From the NCBI GenBank assembly GCA_040766645.1, contig JAXGQA010000001.1, forward strand, positions 106,136 to 170,135: 64,000 bases of DNA, in the 5' to 3' direction. Positions 19,012 to 30,029 of the stretch are shown piece by piece (position 1 is the stretch's first letter; each line of letters begins with the position of its first letter). Under the pieces are notes generated by a model. The model was given only the letters and a program-made list of their open reading frames with translations, was not told the DNA's origin and did no database searches. Origin of the DNA: Christensenellales bacterium. Lineage in GTDB: Bacteria > Bacillota > Clostridia > Christensenellales > UBA1431. A program made the translations under genes and the position numbers.

Positions 19012-22000
19012 TCATACGAGGCGCACGGCTTCCCCTGCGCGCAGCAGGACCACCCAGCGCTCCTTCACCGGCCGTCCGGTCAGCGCCTCCAGCGCGCGGG
19101 CGTAAAACGCGAGCTGCGCCGCGTGCTCCCCGGCGGCCTCTTTCAGGTCCCGCCCGGCCACGCGGTCGGTCTTGTGGTCCAGCAGCACCCACGCGCCGTC
19201 CTCCAAAAAGCAGGCGTCCATCACGCCCTGCACCAGCAAGGCCCGGCCCTCCGGCGCGCCCGGCACCACCTCGTCCGCGTCTATCCGCAGGGTGAAGGGC
19301 CATTCGCGCCGCACCTCTTCCGACGCAGCCATCCGCCGCCCCAGCGGGCCGTCGGCAAAGGCCCACAGCGCTTGGACGTCCACCATCTCAGCCTGTTCGG
19401 GCGATAAAAGCCCCAGCGCGGTCATGCTCTCCACCTGCTCGCGCACGTCGCCCGCGCCGCGCAGCGCGCGCAGGTTGATGTGCTGCAGGGCGGCGTGCAT
19501 GGCCGTGCCCTGCTCGGCCGCCAGCGAGGGCGGCGCCGCGCCGCGCCGGACCCGCACGGCCGGTCCGCCCGAGAGACCCCCGGCTTCCTTCGCGGCGTGC
19601 AGCCGCGTGACCGGGAGCTTTGCCGGAATCTGCGGCGCCTCGTCCAGACGATAGAACGCCATGGCGTCCCGCGCCCGTTCCAGTGCGTCCGGGCCGGGCG
19701 GGTCCTCCCAAAACGCCTGCCAGCGGGACGCCTCCCGCTCCCCGGGCGGCGTGAGGTCCCCGGCCTGCACGCCCCGCACCAAGAGCGCCGAAGCTTCCCC
19801 CACCGGTACCGAAAACTCCCCGCCGGCCAGCGTGCGGACGCCAGGCAGCGCGCCGCGCCTGTGCAGTGCGCAGAGCACGAGGTCCAGCAAACACCGTGCG
19901 GCCCGCACGCCGGCCTCGCCCGGCAGGCCGAGGCTTTCCACGCGCTTTTCGAGGGTAGAAGTGGTTCCGGTCATTATAAGCACGTCGCGCGCGCGGGTCA
20001 TCCCCACATACAGTATACGCAGCTGCTCGCTCAGGTCCTCCTTTTCCTGCCCATCGCGGATGGCGGCCCGGATTATGTTCTCGCGCCGGGTGCGGAGCAC
20101 GGGGTCGTAGGTTTTTATCCCCACGCCCGCCCGGCCGTCGAACAGCACGCGGTCGCTGTTCTGGCTTCGGTTAAACCGGCGGCCCATGTCGGCCAGCACC
20201 ACCACCGGGAACTCCAGCCCTTTGCTCTTGTGCACGGTCATGATGCGCACCACGTCGTCGTTTTCCCCCAGCGCGCGGGCCGTGTCCCCCCGGTCCCCCG
20301 ACGTGCGCACGTGGTCGAGAAAGCGGATGAACCCGCTCAGCCCCTGCCCGGTGCCGGCGAAGTCCTGGGCGCGGCTCAAAAACTGCTCGAGGTTCTTGCG
20401 GCGTACCGCCCCGCCGTGCAGCGCAGCCACCGTGTCCGGCAGCCCCGTTTCGGCAAACAGGGTTTCTATCAGCTCATGGACCGTGCGCACGCAGGCCAGG
20501 AACGACCAGCGCTCCAGCTTCTCAAAAAACGCGCGGAGCGTATCCGCCGTCGGTCCCCGCTCCTCCTCGGCGTACAGACGCGCGGCCTCGTAAAAAGGCG
20601 GGTCCGGATACCGGTCGCGCACCGACAACAGCGCCTCCGCACTCAGCCCGCACACCGGTCCGAACAGGACGCTCAGAAGCGGGATGTCCTGCATCGGGTT
20701 ATCTATAAGGCGCAAAAGGTTGGTGAATATCTCTCCTTCCACCGTTTCGATGTGGGACTCGGCCGCGTCGGCGAAGCTGGGGATGCCGGCGCGGAAAAAC
20801 GCCTGCGCGTAGCTTAACGCGCTGTTGCGGGCCGAGCGCAGCAGCACCACCATGTCCCGCCACGCGTATTTCCCCTCGGCCCGCAGCTTGAGAAGACGCA
20901 TGGCCACCAGCCGGGCCTCGCGCTCCAGCGCGGTCAGGTCCTCCAGCGCGTCCTCGGCTTCCTCCTCCGCCGGGGCCTCCGCGCCTCTTTCAAGGACGAT
21001 GAGCTCGCAACGTCCTTCGTCCTCCCGGTGCGCTGTCAGCCTTTCGTCCGGGCCGTAGTCCACGCCGCCCACGCCGCGGGTCATGATCTGCTCGAACACA
21101 GCGTTGACAGTATCCACCACGGCTGGCGTGCTGCGAAAGTTTCTGGCCAGATCGATGCGCGTGCCGCCCGCGCCGTCGGCATACGCCTCGTAGCGGCGCA
21201 TGAACAGCTCGGGCTGCGCCATCCGGAACCGGTAGATGCTCTGCTTCACATCCCCCACCGTAAAAAGGTTGTCGCCCCTGCATACGCGGGCGATTATCGC
21301 CTCCTGCAAAAAGCTGGTATCCTGATACTCGTCCATGAACACCAGGTCGTACCGCGCGCGGTATTCCCCGGCCGCGGCCTCGTCCTGCAGCACCCTGTGC
21401 GCCAGCCGCTCCATGTCCGCGTAATCGATGACGCCGCGGCCGCGCTTGCGCTCGGCGTAGGCGGCGTCGTACGCGTCGGTAAGCGCGAACAGGGCCGCGA
21501 GCTGTTCTCCGGCCAACGTGAGGTCGCCGGCAAGCCGCGCCGCGTCCCCGGTGAAAAACTCCTTGGACAGGAGCGCGTTCACGTCCTTTTTTACCTTCTC
21601 GCGCAGCGCGACGGCCCGCTCCCGCTGCGCCCTGGGTTCCCCCTTCTCCCGGGGCAGATCCCCCGGCCAGCAGAAGCTTTGGGCCGCGGCCGCAAACGCC
21701 TCCATCGAGTCTTCCGCCGCCGCGGCCAGCCTCCCGAGCAAACCCGCCGACGCCAGCATGTAGTCCCTTGTCGCGGGAAAGGCCTCCCCGCACAGCCGCG
21801 CGGCCTCGTTCAGGCGGGCGGTATGCCCCCGGAGGCTGTCCGCCGCTTCTTTCAGCAGGACGCGCGCGGCCCGCTCCATGCCTGCTCCGGTATAGTTGTC
21901 CAGCGCCATCCGCCTGAAACCCGCAGGGTCGGGCAGGGCGCAGAGCTTTTCGTGCAGCGCACGGACACAGTCCTTCAGGCCCTCGTCGTCCCGGCCGCCA

Positions 22001-22479
22001 AACGCCTCCAGCAGCAGAAAGAAATCCGGGTCCCGCTCCTGATACTTCGCGTCGAACAGCGCGTCCAGCGTTTCGGCCTTGAGCACGCGGATCTCGGCGT
22101 CGCCGCCGGCGCGGAAAGCCGGATCCAGCCCCACCGCCTGAAAGTGGCGGCGCAGGACGTTGAGGCAAAAGGCGTGGATGGTGCTGATGTCGGCGCGCTC
22201 GGCGTCGGCCGCCTGCAGATGCAGCCGCATTTTATCCTCTTCCCCGGCTTTCTCGGCCAACTGCGTCAGCCGGAGCACGATACGCTCGCGCATCTCGGCC
22301 ACCGCCGCGTTGGTGAAGGTGACCACCAGCATTTTCCCGATGTCCGCGCCCTGCGCTATCAGCCGCGCGATACGCTCGACCAGCACCGCCGTCTTGCCCG
22401 ACCCCGCCGCCGCCGAGACCAGAAGGTTGGTGACCGGCGCCTCTATGGCCGCGCGCTGCTGCGTTGACCACTCCCTCAT
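19012..22479 (-). CDS. addA: ATP-dependent helicase/nuclease AddA
   Basis: UvrD-type motifs (AAAGSGKT, VVTFTNAA, DEYQDT, VGDVKQSIYRFR, TVHKSKGLEF) and a C-terminal RecB-type nuclease (GVMDACF...LLDHKTD). Confidence 0.9.
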   Translation of the reverse strand: MREWSTQQRAAIEAPVTNLLVSAAAGSGKTAVLVERIARLIAQGADIGKMLVVTFTNAAVAEMRERIVLRLTQLAEKAGEEDKMRLHLQAADAERADISTIHAFCLNVLRRHFQAVGLDPAFRAGGDAEIRVLKAETLDALFDAKYQERDPDFFLLLEAFGGRDDEGLKDCVRALHEKLCALPDPAGFRRMALDNYTGAGMERAARVLLKEAADSLRGHTARLNEAARLCGEAFPATRDYMLASAGLLGRLAAAAEDSMEAFAAAAQSFCWPGDLPREKGEPRAQRERAVALREKVKKDVNALLSKEFFTGDAARLAGDLTLAGEQLAALFALTDAYDAAYAERKRGRGVIDYADMERLAHRVLQDEAAAGEYRARYDLVFMDEYQDTSFLQEAIIARVCRGDNLFTVGDVKQSIYRFRMAQPELFMRRYEAYADGAGGTRIDLARNFRSTPAVVDTVNAVFEQIMTRGVGGVDYGPDERLTAHREDEGRCELIVLERGAEAPAEEEAEDALEDLTALEREARLVAMRLLKLRAEGKYAWRDMVVLLRSARNSALSYAQAFFRAGIPSFADAAESHIETVEGEIFTNLLRLIDNPMQDIPLLSVLFGPVCGLSAEALLSVRDRYPDPPFYEAARLYAEEERGPTADTLRAFFEKLERWSFLACVRTVHELIETLFAETGLPDTVAALHGGAVRRKNLEQFLSRAQDFAGTGQGLSGFIRFLDHVRTSGDRGDTARALGENDDVVRIMTVHKSKGLEFPVVVLADMGRRFNRSQNSDRVLFDGRAGVGIKTYDPVLRTRRENIIRAAIRDGQEKEDLSEQLRILYVGMTRARDVLIMTGTTSTLEKRVESLGLPGEAGVRAARCLLDLVLCALHRRGALPGVRTLAGGEFSVPVGEASALLVRGVQAGDLTPPGEREASRWQAFWEDPPGPDALERARDAMAFYRLDEAPQIPAKLPVTRLHAAKEAGGLSGGPAVRVRRGAAPPSLAAEQGTAMHAALQHINLRALRGAGDVREQVESMTALGLLSPEQAEMVDVQALWAFADGPLGRRMAASEEVRREWPFTLRIDADEVVPGAPEGRALLVQGVMDACFLEDGAWVLLDHKTDRVAGRDLKEAAGEHAAQLAFYARALEALTGRPVKERWVVLLRAGEAVRLV

Positions 22480-25400
22480 GCGTCCGCTCCTTCCCGCGCC
22501 TTCTCAAAAAATGTGCTGCCGTTCATGGGGGAAAGCCGGCGCACCCGCGCGCCGGGGAGCGAGGCGTCGAACCGGCATATCGGCCGGAACGCGCAGCGCG
22601 CGCACTGCCGGCCTTTGCCGTCCTCGGCCGGCACCGGCGCTATCTCGCCGGCCGAGATCGCCGTCATGATTTCCCGCGCCGCCTGGACCGCTCTGTCTAA
22701 AAACGCCCGCATCTCCTCGCCGCTCAGCACCGAATTCCCCTGCCGGGTCACCGCGCCCTTGCCGGTCAGCGCAACGGGTATGAAGCGCGCGGCAACGCCC
22801 GGCTCGAGCGTGCTGTCCATTTTCTGCAGCACCTGCGGGTCGCTTACGAGCTTACCCTGCCGGCGCATGGACTGCTCGCGCTGGGCTTGCGCCTCGACCC
22901 CCTGCTTTTGGGTATTCAGCACCGGATAGTCGAGACCGGCGTACAGGAGCGCGCCGATATCGGCCTGCCTGCCTTCCCGCCGGACCTGTGCGAGCAGGGC
23001 GTGCGCGTACACCGGCAGCTGGATGTCCAGCCCGTGGAACACCCGCCCGAATTCCAGTTTTTTGGCGTAGGACTTATAGTCCACCAGCCGGAGAATCTCT
23101 GTCTCCCCCTGCCGCAGAACGTCCACCCGGTCGATGCGCCCCTTGAACGGCACGCGCAGGCCGCCGGATTCAAGAACAGCATCCTCCAGTTCTATCTCGA
23201 CGGCGGCCAGCGAGAACTCGCTGCACAAAAGCTCCTCGATGAGGTGCCGCGCGCAGAAGCGCACCGTTTCCAAAAGCCGCTCGCTCCAGTACCGCGTGAG
23301 CGGGTCGCCGAGCATGCGGTCGGCCTCCAGCCATTCCTGTGTTTCCCGGACCGCGGCCTCAATCAGCGCGTCCATCTCCTCGTCCGACGCGCTTTTGAAG
23401 GCCTCCCCCAGCGCCATTATCTTCCGCTGCACCGACTCCATGGCCGCGTGCAGATACGAGCCGGCGTCCATCCGGGAAAGCTCGAACACCTTGCGTTCGG
23501 CCGGCTTCAATCCGTACTGCACGAAATACTGGAAGGGGCAGCCCGCAAACTTCTCCAACTGCGATACACTGATGACGCGCGGCAACAACCCCCTGTCCGA
23601 CGGTATTTTCACGCGCGGGGGCGGAAGGGCGTGCTCCACGGCGCCGCGCAGGGCATCAAGCCTTTCGCGCCACGCGGGGTCGGCATACAGCACGTGGAAG
23701 GCCGCCCGCCACTCCTCGGGGACCGGGCCGTTTCCCCCCAGCCGGCGCGCGATCTCACTGAACGCCGACTGCGCGCCAGTCACGGCCAGGCCGGTATCCA
23801 CCGCCGAACCTCGGACGTTGGCGCCCGGGACCATTCGTAAAAGCTTTTTTAAGAGATGCGCGTCCGAGAGCGCGCCCCGGCTGTCCGCGGCCGCGACGCT
23901 GATGTGCAAAAGCTCAGTGGGCAGGGCCAGCGCCTTGTATACGCGCAGCTGCGCGATGGTCCACTTCATCCGCGTATCCGGCCCGGTCTTCAGCCCGCTC
24001 CGATTGAGGAAATCGCGCTCCTCGTCGCCCAGAAGCGGGTTCTCCGGCGGCACGGGCGGGAACGCACCGTCCGCGCAGCCGGTCACAAACAGCGCCTTTA
24101 CCGACGGGCGCTGCGTACGCTCCCAGCTCCCCACCAGCACCGCGTCCTCGCTGGTCGGGATGATGCCCACGTCCTCCTGCTCCAGCGCGCTGCGCAAAAG
24201 CCCGATGAACTCGCCGCGCCCCATCGTGACCTCCCCCAGCAGCGCCGCAGCCTGATCCAATATCGAAACCAGCGTATCCATGGCCTGCCGGCTGGCCTCC
24301 AGAAGCGCCGGCTCGCCTTCCAGCTCCAGCCGCGCGTGCATGGCATCCAACGCGTCTCCGGCGCGGACAGCCGCAAGATAGTCTTTTACGGCCTGCGCCT
24401 GTCCCCGCGCCGTCCTGTCCTGTTTCAGAGCTTTTTCCAGCGTGGCCAGCGGGGCCGTCAGCCGCGCGCGCAGCGCCTCGGCGCCGGGGTCCTCGAATGC
24501 GGACAGGAACGCCCTGCCCTTGACGCCCCGCGCCAGCACGTGGTTCTCGAGCAGTTGGCCTTCCGCAAGGTTGACGCCCCCCAGCCCGGTCTTCATCAGC
24601 TCAATCATCTCACGCTGGGGATAATTCGCCTCGGCCGCGTACAGCGCGCTGAGAACGCACCGCACCAGCGGATGCCCGGTCAGCGGGCGCTTGTCGTCCA
24701 CGAAGCAGGGGATACCGTACCGCGCAAAGACGCGCCGGAACACCCGCGCGTCCGAGCGGACGTTGGGGACGATAACGGCCATCTCCCGCCACGCGCACCC
24801 CGTTTCCTTGTGCAGGCGTACGATGCGGGCGGCCACGCCGTCGGCCTCCAGCTCTGCGTCGGCCGCTCGCATGAATTCAAGTCCCTGCATGTCTCCACAA
24901 TACTTTTTTACGCCGGGATCAAAAAGGTACCGCTCCAGATGGGCCAACGCCGCCGGGCGCGCGGCTTCGCCCCGCAGACGAATGCTCTCGACGCCACAGT
25001 CCAGCATGCGGGCGCGGGCTGCCACCTGATTGTACGCAAGCACCTCGCTCTCAAACACCGAGGCGTCCTCCTCGCCGCCCTCCGGCACGCAGAACGTGAT
25101 GTCCACGCCTTTGCAGGTACGGATAAGCTGCTCTATCACGCCCATCCACTTGCCCGAAAGGGACTCAAACCCGTCTATGAACACGCGCGCGCGCCTGAAA
25201 AGCCCGGTCTGGGGGAGCTTTTGCGCAAGGAGGTCCAGAAGGTCCTCGCCGTCGCTGAACTGTCCGGCCATCATGCCCTCCACCCGTTCGTACACCGCCG
25301 CCAGCGCCTCCAGCCGCTCGCTCTTTATGCCCCGTTCGTCCACGGCCGCCCGTGCGAGCATGTCCGGCGTGACGCCGAACGCCTTGAGCTCGGACAGCGT

Positions 25401-25762
25401 GTCGGTTATGCCGGCCGCAAAGCCCGGGCGGTCGGCCGAGCGCGCGCAGAAGGCGTTGGTCTTTTCCAGCTCGAAAGCGCCCGGCGCACCAGCATGGCGC
25501 GGCCCAGCGCGTCGATGACCGGTTGCTTCGGGCCGCCGGAGAGCGCAAACACGCGGTGAGGGAGCCGTGAGAAGCTCAATACCTCGATGTCCAGAAGACC
25601 GGGGAGCTTCAATTGTTCGATGATGTCCAGCTCGGCCTGGAGCGTGTACTGCTCGGGCACGATCATGACGCAGGGGATGCCCTGCGCACGGGCCTCGCCC
25701 AAACGCCGGCGCAGAAGCGCGCTTTTGGGGCTGTCCGCGCGGCCGAGTATGCAGGTGAGCAT
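22476..25762 (-). pseudogene. addB: Helicase/nuclease AddB, single frameshift near 25472 as assembled
   Basis: The N-terminus MLTCILGRADSPKS is out of frame with the 961-aa remainder. The C-terminal Fe-S nuclease motifs are present (GRIDRVD, DYKS, CARCAFRPICRFD). The ATGA overlap with addA is intact. Confidence 0.85.
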
Positions 25763-26042
25763 GCGCCTTCCTTCTTTCACGGTTTTGCTCAAGGATACAG
25801 GAAACGGCGTCCCCAAAACGGTGCCTGCCGGATGGGAAACCATGTGTACATTATAATGGAAACGCTCCGCAATAAAAAGGCGGCATGTAGACCGGGAAAC
25901 CGGCAGGCAAACTTTCGGCCATAACGAAATTCGGGTAACGGTATTGTGAAAATGCCTGTGTTCCGGGGGGATAATTAATATTAAGAAAAAGTGCAATGAA
26001 ACGTATCTCTGTTTTGCTGTGCCATATGGAGGAAGGCGGCAT

Positions 26043-26487
26043 ATGAAAAATCAGATAGCGCAAAGAATCGCTGCGCTGCAAAACGGCATAAGATACCTTA
26101 TCAGCATTAAGGATTACCTTTGCCTTCACGATACGGTCGAAGGCATGAAAGTCAGGGATATTTCCGAGCTTTGCTGTCGCATACACGCGGTGAAGTGTAA
26201 AAGGGATAGAGTACATTCGTCCTCGCGGCGGCGGAATACACGATGCAAAAGGCCGGCTCACAGGCCCTACGTTATCGACTATATAATTGCCCTCATACGA
26301 TGCGGCAGCAGCTGGCGGGCGTGCCTCAGGGCCTGCATCCTGAATGGAAAACATGGTGGCCGATGTTATGCTTGCGGCGATTTATAATCCGAAGGCAGGC
26401 GGGCCGCGTATAACCGACACGATTTTAATCGAAAAAAACGGAGTCAAAAACTTGCCGATTTCACCGAAAGTCTTGTTATCAAAATAA
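26043..26487 (+). pseudogene. Possible relic of an M24 (Xaa-Pro peptidase/creatinase-type) gene
   Basis: The C-terminal-like segment MENMVADVMLAAIYNPKAGGPRITDTILIEKNGVKNLPISPKVL resembles the M24 motif ..GMV.T.EPGIY...GG.RIED..LIT..G.E.LT. The upstream frames are broken and the region is too short for a full gene. Confidence 0.3.
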
Positions 26488-26554
26488 TTGCAGACAATCT
26501 TGATGCAGGTTTAATAAAAGAGATATGGCTGAAGTTTCGGCATAGAATTGTATA

Positions 26555-26588
26555 CAAAAAGGCGGCATGAAACAAACGCATGCCGCCT
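26555..26588 (-). terminator. Rho-independent terminator of the hppA small-gene unit
   Basis: 10-bp stem aggcggcatg/catgccgcct followed by a T-run on the minus strand. Confidence 0.7.
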
Positions 26589-26610
26589 TTGGCGTATCGG
26601 ATGGGATACG

Positions 26611-26841
26611 TCAGTCGGAGATGATGTATTCCTGCAGCAAATCCATATCGCCGGGTTCCGACAGCACCAGCTCCATCTGGAGCTTGGCGTCGTCAAACAT
26701 CTGGGTCAGCGCGAGGTACTGGCACAGGGTCGACTTCAGGTTGAGCCTGTCGCCTTCGCTGGTGACCAATTCCACGCTGCCGCTGCACTGCGCGACCTTC
26801 TCGAAAAACCCCGACGGGTTTTTGATGTTGGTGATCCTCAT
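26611..26841 (-). CDS. Small conserved-looking hypothetical protein (76 aa)
   Basis: GGAGG RBS, 30 nt downstream of hppA, coding-like composition. Confidence 0.6.
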   Translation of the reverse strand: MRITNIKNPSGFFEKVAQCSGSVELVTSEGDRLNLKSTLCQYLALTQMFDDAKLQMELVLSEPGDMDLLQEYIISD

Positions 26842-26871
26842 GCGGGAATACCTCCTTTTTAAATTATTTTA

Positions 26872-28871
26872 CTACCGAATGAACAATGGCGCAAATACCA
26901 AAGCCACGATGCTCATCAATTTTATAAGGATGTTCATGGACGGCCCTGAGGTATCCTTGAACGGGTCCCCCACTGTGTCCCCGATGACGGCGGCCTTGTG
27001 CGCCTCGCTCCCCTTGCCGCCGTGCGCCCCGGTTTCAATATACTTCTTCGCGTTGTCCCACGCCCCACCGGCGTTGGCCATCATGACGGCCATCAGCACA
27101 CCGGTGACGGTCGCGCCTACCAGCAGGCCGGCGATGGCTACAGGCCCGAGCAGGAGGCCCGTCAGGATCGGCGCGACGATAGCGATAACGCCGGGCACGA
27201 TCATCTCGCGCAGCGCGGCGGCGGTGGAGATGTCCACGCAGCGGGTGTAATCGGGCTTGACGAGGCCTTCCATAATGCCGGCCATTTCCCGGAACTGCCT
27301 GCGCACCTCTTCGATCATCTTGTTGGCCGCGCGGCTGACCGCGTCGATGGTCAGGGCGCTGAACCAGAATGTCAGCATGCCGCCGATCATGACGCCGATA
27401 ATCACCTTGGGGTCAAGTATGTTGACGAAGTCCAGCTTCATCGCGCTGGAGAAGGACGAAAACAGCGCCAGCGCCGTCAGCGCCGCCGAACCGATGGAAA
27501 AGCCCTTGGCGATGGCCGCCGTGGTGTTCCCGACCGAATCGAGGTGGTCGGTGATCTCCCGCACCTCATGCGGCAGCCCGGACATTTCCGCGATGCCGCC
27601 CGCGTTGTCCGCGATGGGGCCGTACGCGTCCACCGCGACCGTCAGGCCTACCGTGCACAGCATGCCCACCGCCGCCAGCGCCACGCCGAACAGGCCGCCG
27701 CCCGGCCCGAACTGCTCGCCGGAGATATAGGCCAGGAACACGGCGCCCGCGATGATGACCATGGGGATGACGGTGGAGGTGAGTCCGACCGAGAAACCGC
27801 TGAGGATGGTGGTGGCCGCGCCGGTCTCGGACTGCTTGCCAATCATCCTGACCGGCTTATAATCCGCCGAGGTGTAGTACTCGGTGACCGCGCCTATCAC
27901 CATGCCCGCGACAATGCCGCCCGCAATGGGCCAGAAGAGATACAGGCTCCCGAACATGACCTGCGAAAAGATGCCCGCGCCAATAATGGCCAGTATAGAG
28001 GATAGATATGTGCCTATGCGCAGCGTGCTGTGCGCGCCGCCCCTGGTCTTAACCAAACGCACGATGAAGACCGCGATGATGGAGGCGACGATGCCCACCG
28101 CCACCACCAGCAGCGAAAATATGATACCGTTGTTGCCCGCCGCGACCAGTCCCAGCAAAAGCGCCGACACGATGGCGCCCACGTAGGATTCAAACAGGTC
28201 CGACCCCATGCCCGCGACGTCGCCAACGTTGTCCCCCACGTTGTCGGCGATGACCGCGGGGTTGCGCGGGTCGTCCTCGGGAATGCCGGCTTCCACCTTG
28301 CCCACAAGCCGTCCGCGCCCACGTCGGCCGCCTTGGTATAGATGCCGCCGCCGACCCTGCAGAACAGGGCGATGGAGCTTGTGCCCAGGCTGAATCCGGT
28401 GATGACGTTCGGTCGCCGAACATAAGGTAGAGCGCCGCGATGCCTAAAGCAACTCCATGCCCACCACGCTCAGTCCCAGAAGCGAGCCGCCGGTGAACGC
28501 AATGTTGAGGGCCTCGCGCACGCCGCGCTGCGCCGCGTCGGTCGTGCGCACGTTGGCCTTGGTCGCGCCCTTCATCCGGATGAAGCCCGCCAGGACCGAA
28601 AACAGGGCGCTCATCACGAAGCACAGCGCCGTATTCAGCCCCAGCCCGGGAACGAAGGTCAGCACGGCAAACATGATGATCGTATAAACCGACAGCACCC
28701 TGTACTGACGTTTGAGGTAGGCCATGCAGCTGTCGATATACCCCGATATCTCGGCCATGCGCGCGTTCTCCCACCTCTGATCCTGCGAATGCCGCTGTAA
28801 AAGACCAGCACGACCAGCATGGTCAGCAGCGCCACCGCGATCACAAGGCAGCTTACCGTTTGAATGTCCAT
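26872..28871 (-). pseudogene. hppA: Membrane-bound proton/sodium-translocating pyrophosphatase (K+-dependent type), four frameshifts in the 5' 560 bp as assembled
   Basis: [51 protein letters not shown] and [10 protein letters not shown]. The N-terminal segments [52 protein letters not shown] and [10 protein letters not shown]...[11 protein letters not shown] lie in different frames. Confidence 0.85.
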
Positions 28872-29281
28872 GGAAACATCACTCCTGTGTAAAGTTATGA
28901 TATTGGCTGTGCAAGAACGAACGCAAACAGCGCGTCGAAAACTTTTCAGCGGTTCTTCGCGCCTGGCGTCCGTGCACGGGCGTACTGATGCTATTTAGTT
29001 GTAATCGGTAGCTCGCAGACTGAAGTCGTTTGCAAAAAAAATGCCTGGTTGGGCCAAATCAAGTGTTACATTGCAGGATTATTTTTTCTGTATGTCATTA
29101 TATAACCCCGATTTTACACTGTCAAGAAATGCGCTTGTTCGTATAATGTATATTAACGGCATCCATTCTCCTTATTTCTCGCGCGTACGTCTAAAATCGA
29201 ACGTGTACGCGCATCTTCAGCGCACCGGAACAATGCAATTCCCGGCAAAAGTTTCCTGCGTGCGGCGGGAACCTGCAAAAA

Positions 29282-29310
29282 TTGACAGCACCAGGAAATA
29301 ACTATATAAT
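29282..29310 (+). promoter_or_regulatory. Consensus sigma-A-type promoter (TTGACA-17-TATAAT)
   Basis: TTGACA at 29282-29287, an exact 17-nt spacer, then TATAAT at 29305-29310. The first ATG of the sugar transferase is at 29322. Confidence 0.6.
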
Positions 29311-29321
29311 TCAAAGAAAGT

Positions 29322-30001
29322 ATGCGCAAAGATCCTATGAACGGGGGACGCCTCCGCGCCGGACGCCAACCAAACCGCAGTCTCCTGCTCCGCAAAAGCG
29401 CTTCAGGATCTATTATCCGGTCTTCAAGCGCTTTACAGATATCATTATCTCGTTTCTGGGGCTTGTATTTCTCGTTATCCTGTTCCCCTTTTATCGCGCT
29501 GGCCATAAAGCTTGACCTGCCGGGTCCCGTCGCATTCAGCCAGACGCGTATCGGCCGGCACATGAAACCTTCAAGATGTACAAGTTCCGAACCATGCTCC
29601 AAAAACGCGGAAGACCTGCTGACCAGCTTCCTCAGGACAGTCTTAACCCCTTCCTCCAGCGGGAAAACGACCCGCGCGTCACCAGGGTGGGCGCTTTTTG
29701 CGCCGCCTGAGTTTGACGAGTTCCCCCAGTTCCTTAACATCCTGAAGGGTGAGAGGAGCTTTATCGGCCCGCGTCCTTTCGTGGAATCCGAGGTCGAGCA
29801 GCTGGACCGCGAAGACTCAGGCGCTACAGCGTCCGTCCCGGACTGACCGGGTACGCGCAGATACACGGCCGGAACGACCTTTCCCTGGACGGCCGCATGG
29901 ACAGGGACCTTTACTATATCGATAATATTACGATGTGGTTGGACATAAAGATTCTTTTGAAGACAATATGGGTAACATATACACGAAAAGGGGCATATTG
30001 A
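29322..30001 (+). pseudogene. Polyprenyl glycosylphosphotransferase (bacterial sugar transferase, WbaP/EpsL-type), about six frameshifts as assembled
   Basis: KRFTDIIISFLGLVFLVILFPF, IALAIKLDLPGPVAFSQTRIGR, FKMYKFRTM, NDPRVTRVGAF, LRRLSL, DEFPQFLNILKGE.SFIGPRP and RYSVRPGLTGYAQIHGRNDLS...YYIDNITMWLDIKILLKT are distributed over three frames. Confidence 0.75.
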
Positions 30002-30029
30002 TAGAAATTTTACGGAAGGCTGGTTGCCT

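Noticed and set aside
25874-25887. 14-mer aaaaaggcggcatg shared with the terminator at 26556-26569 as evidence of a repeat element
   Set aside because: At 25874 the complementary arm is missing and the similarity does not extend. It is too short to call a repeat family without a genome-wide search.
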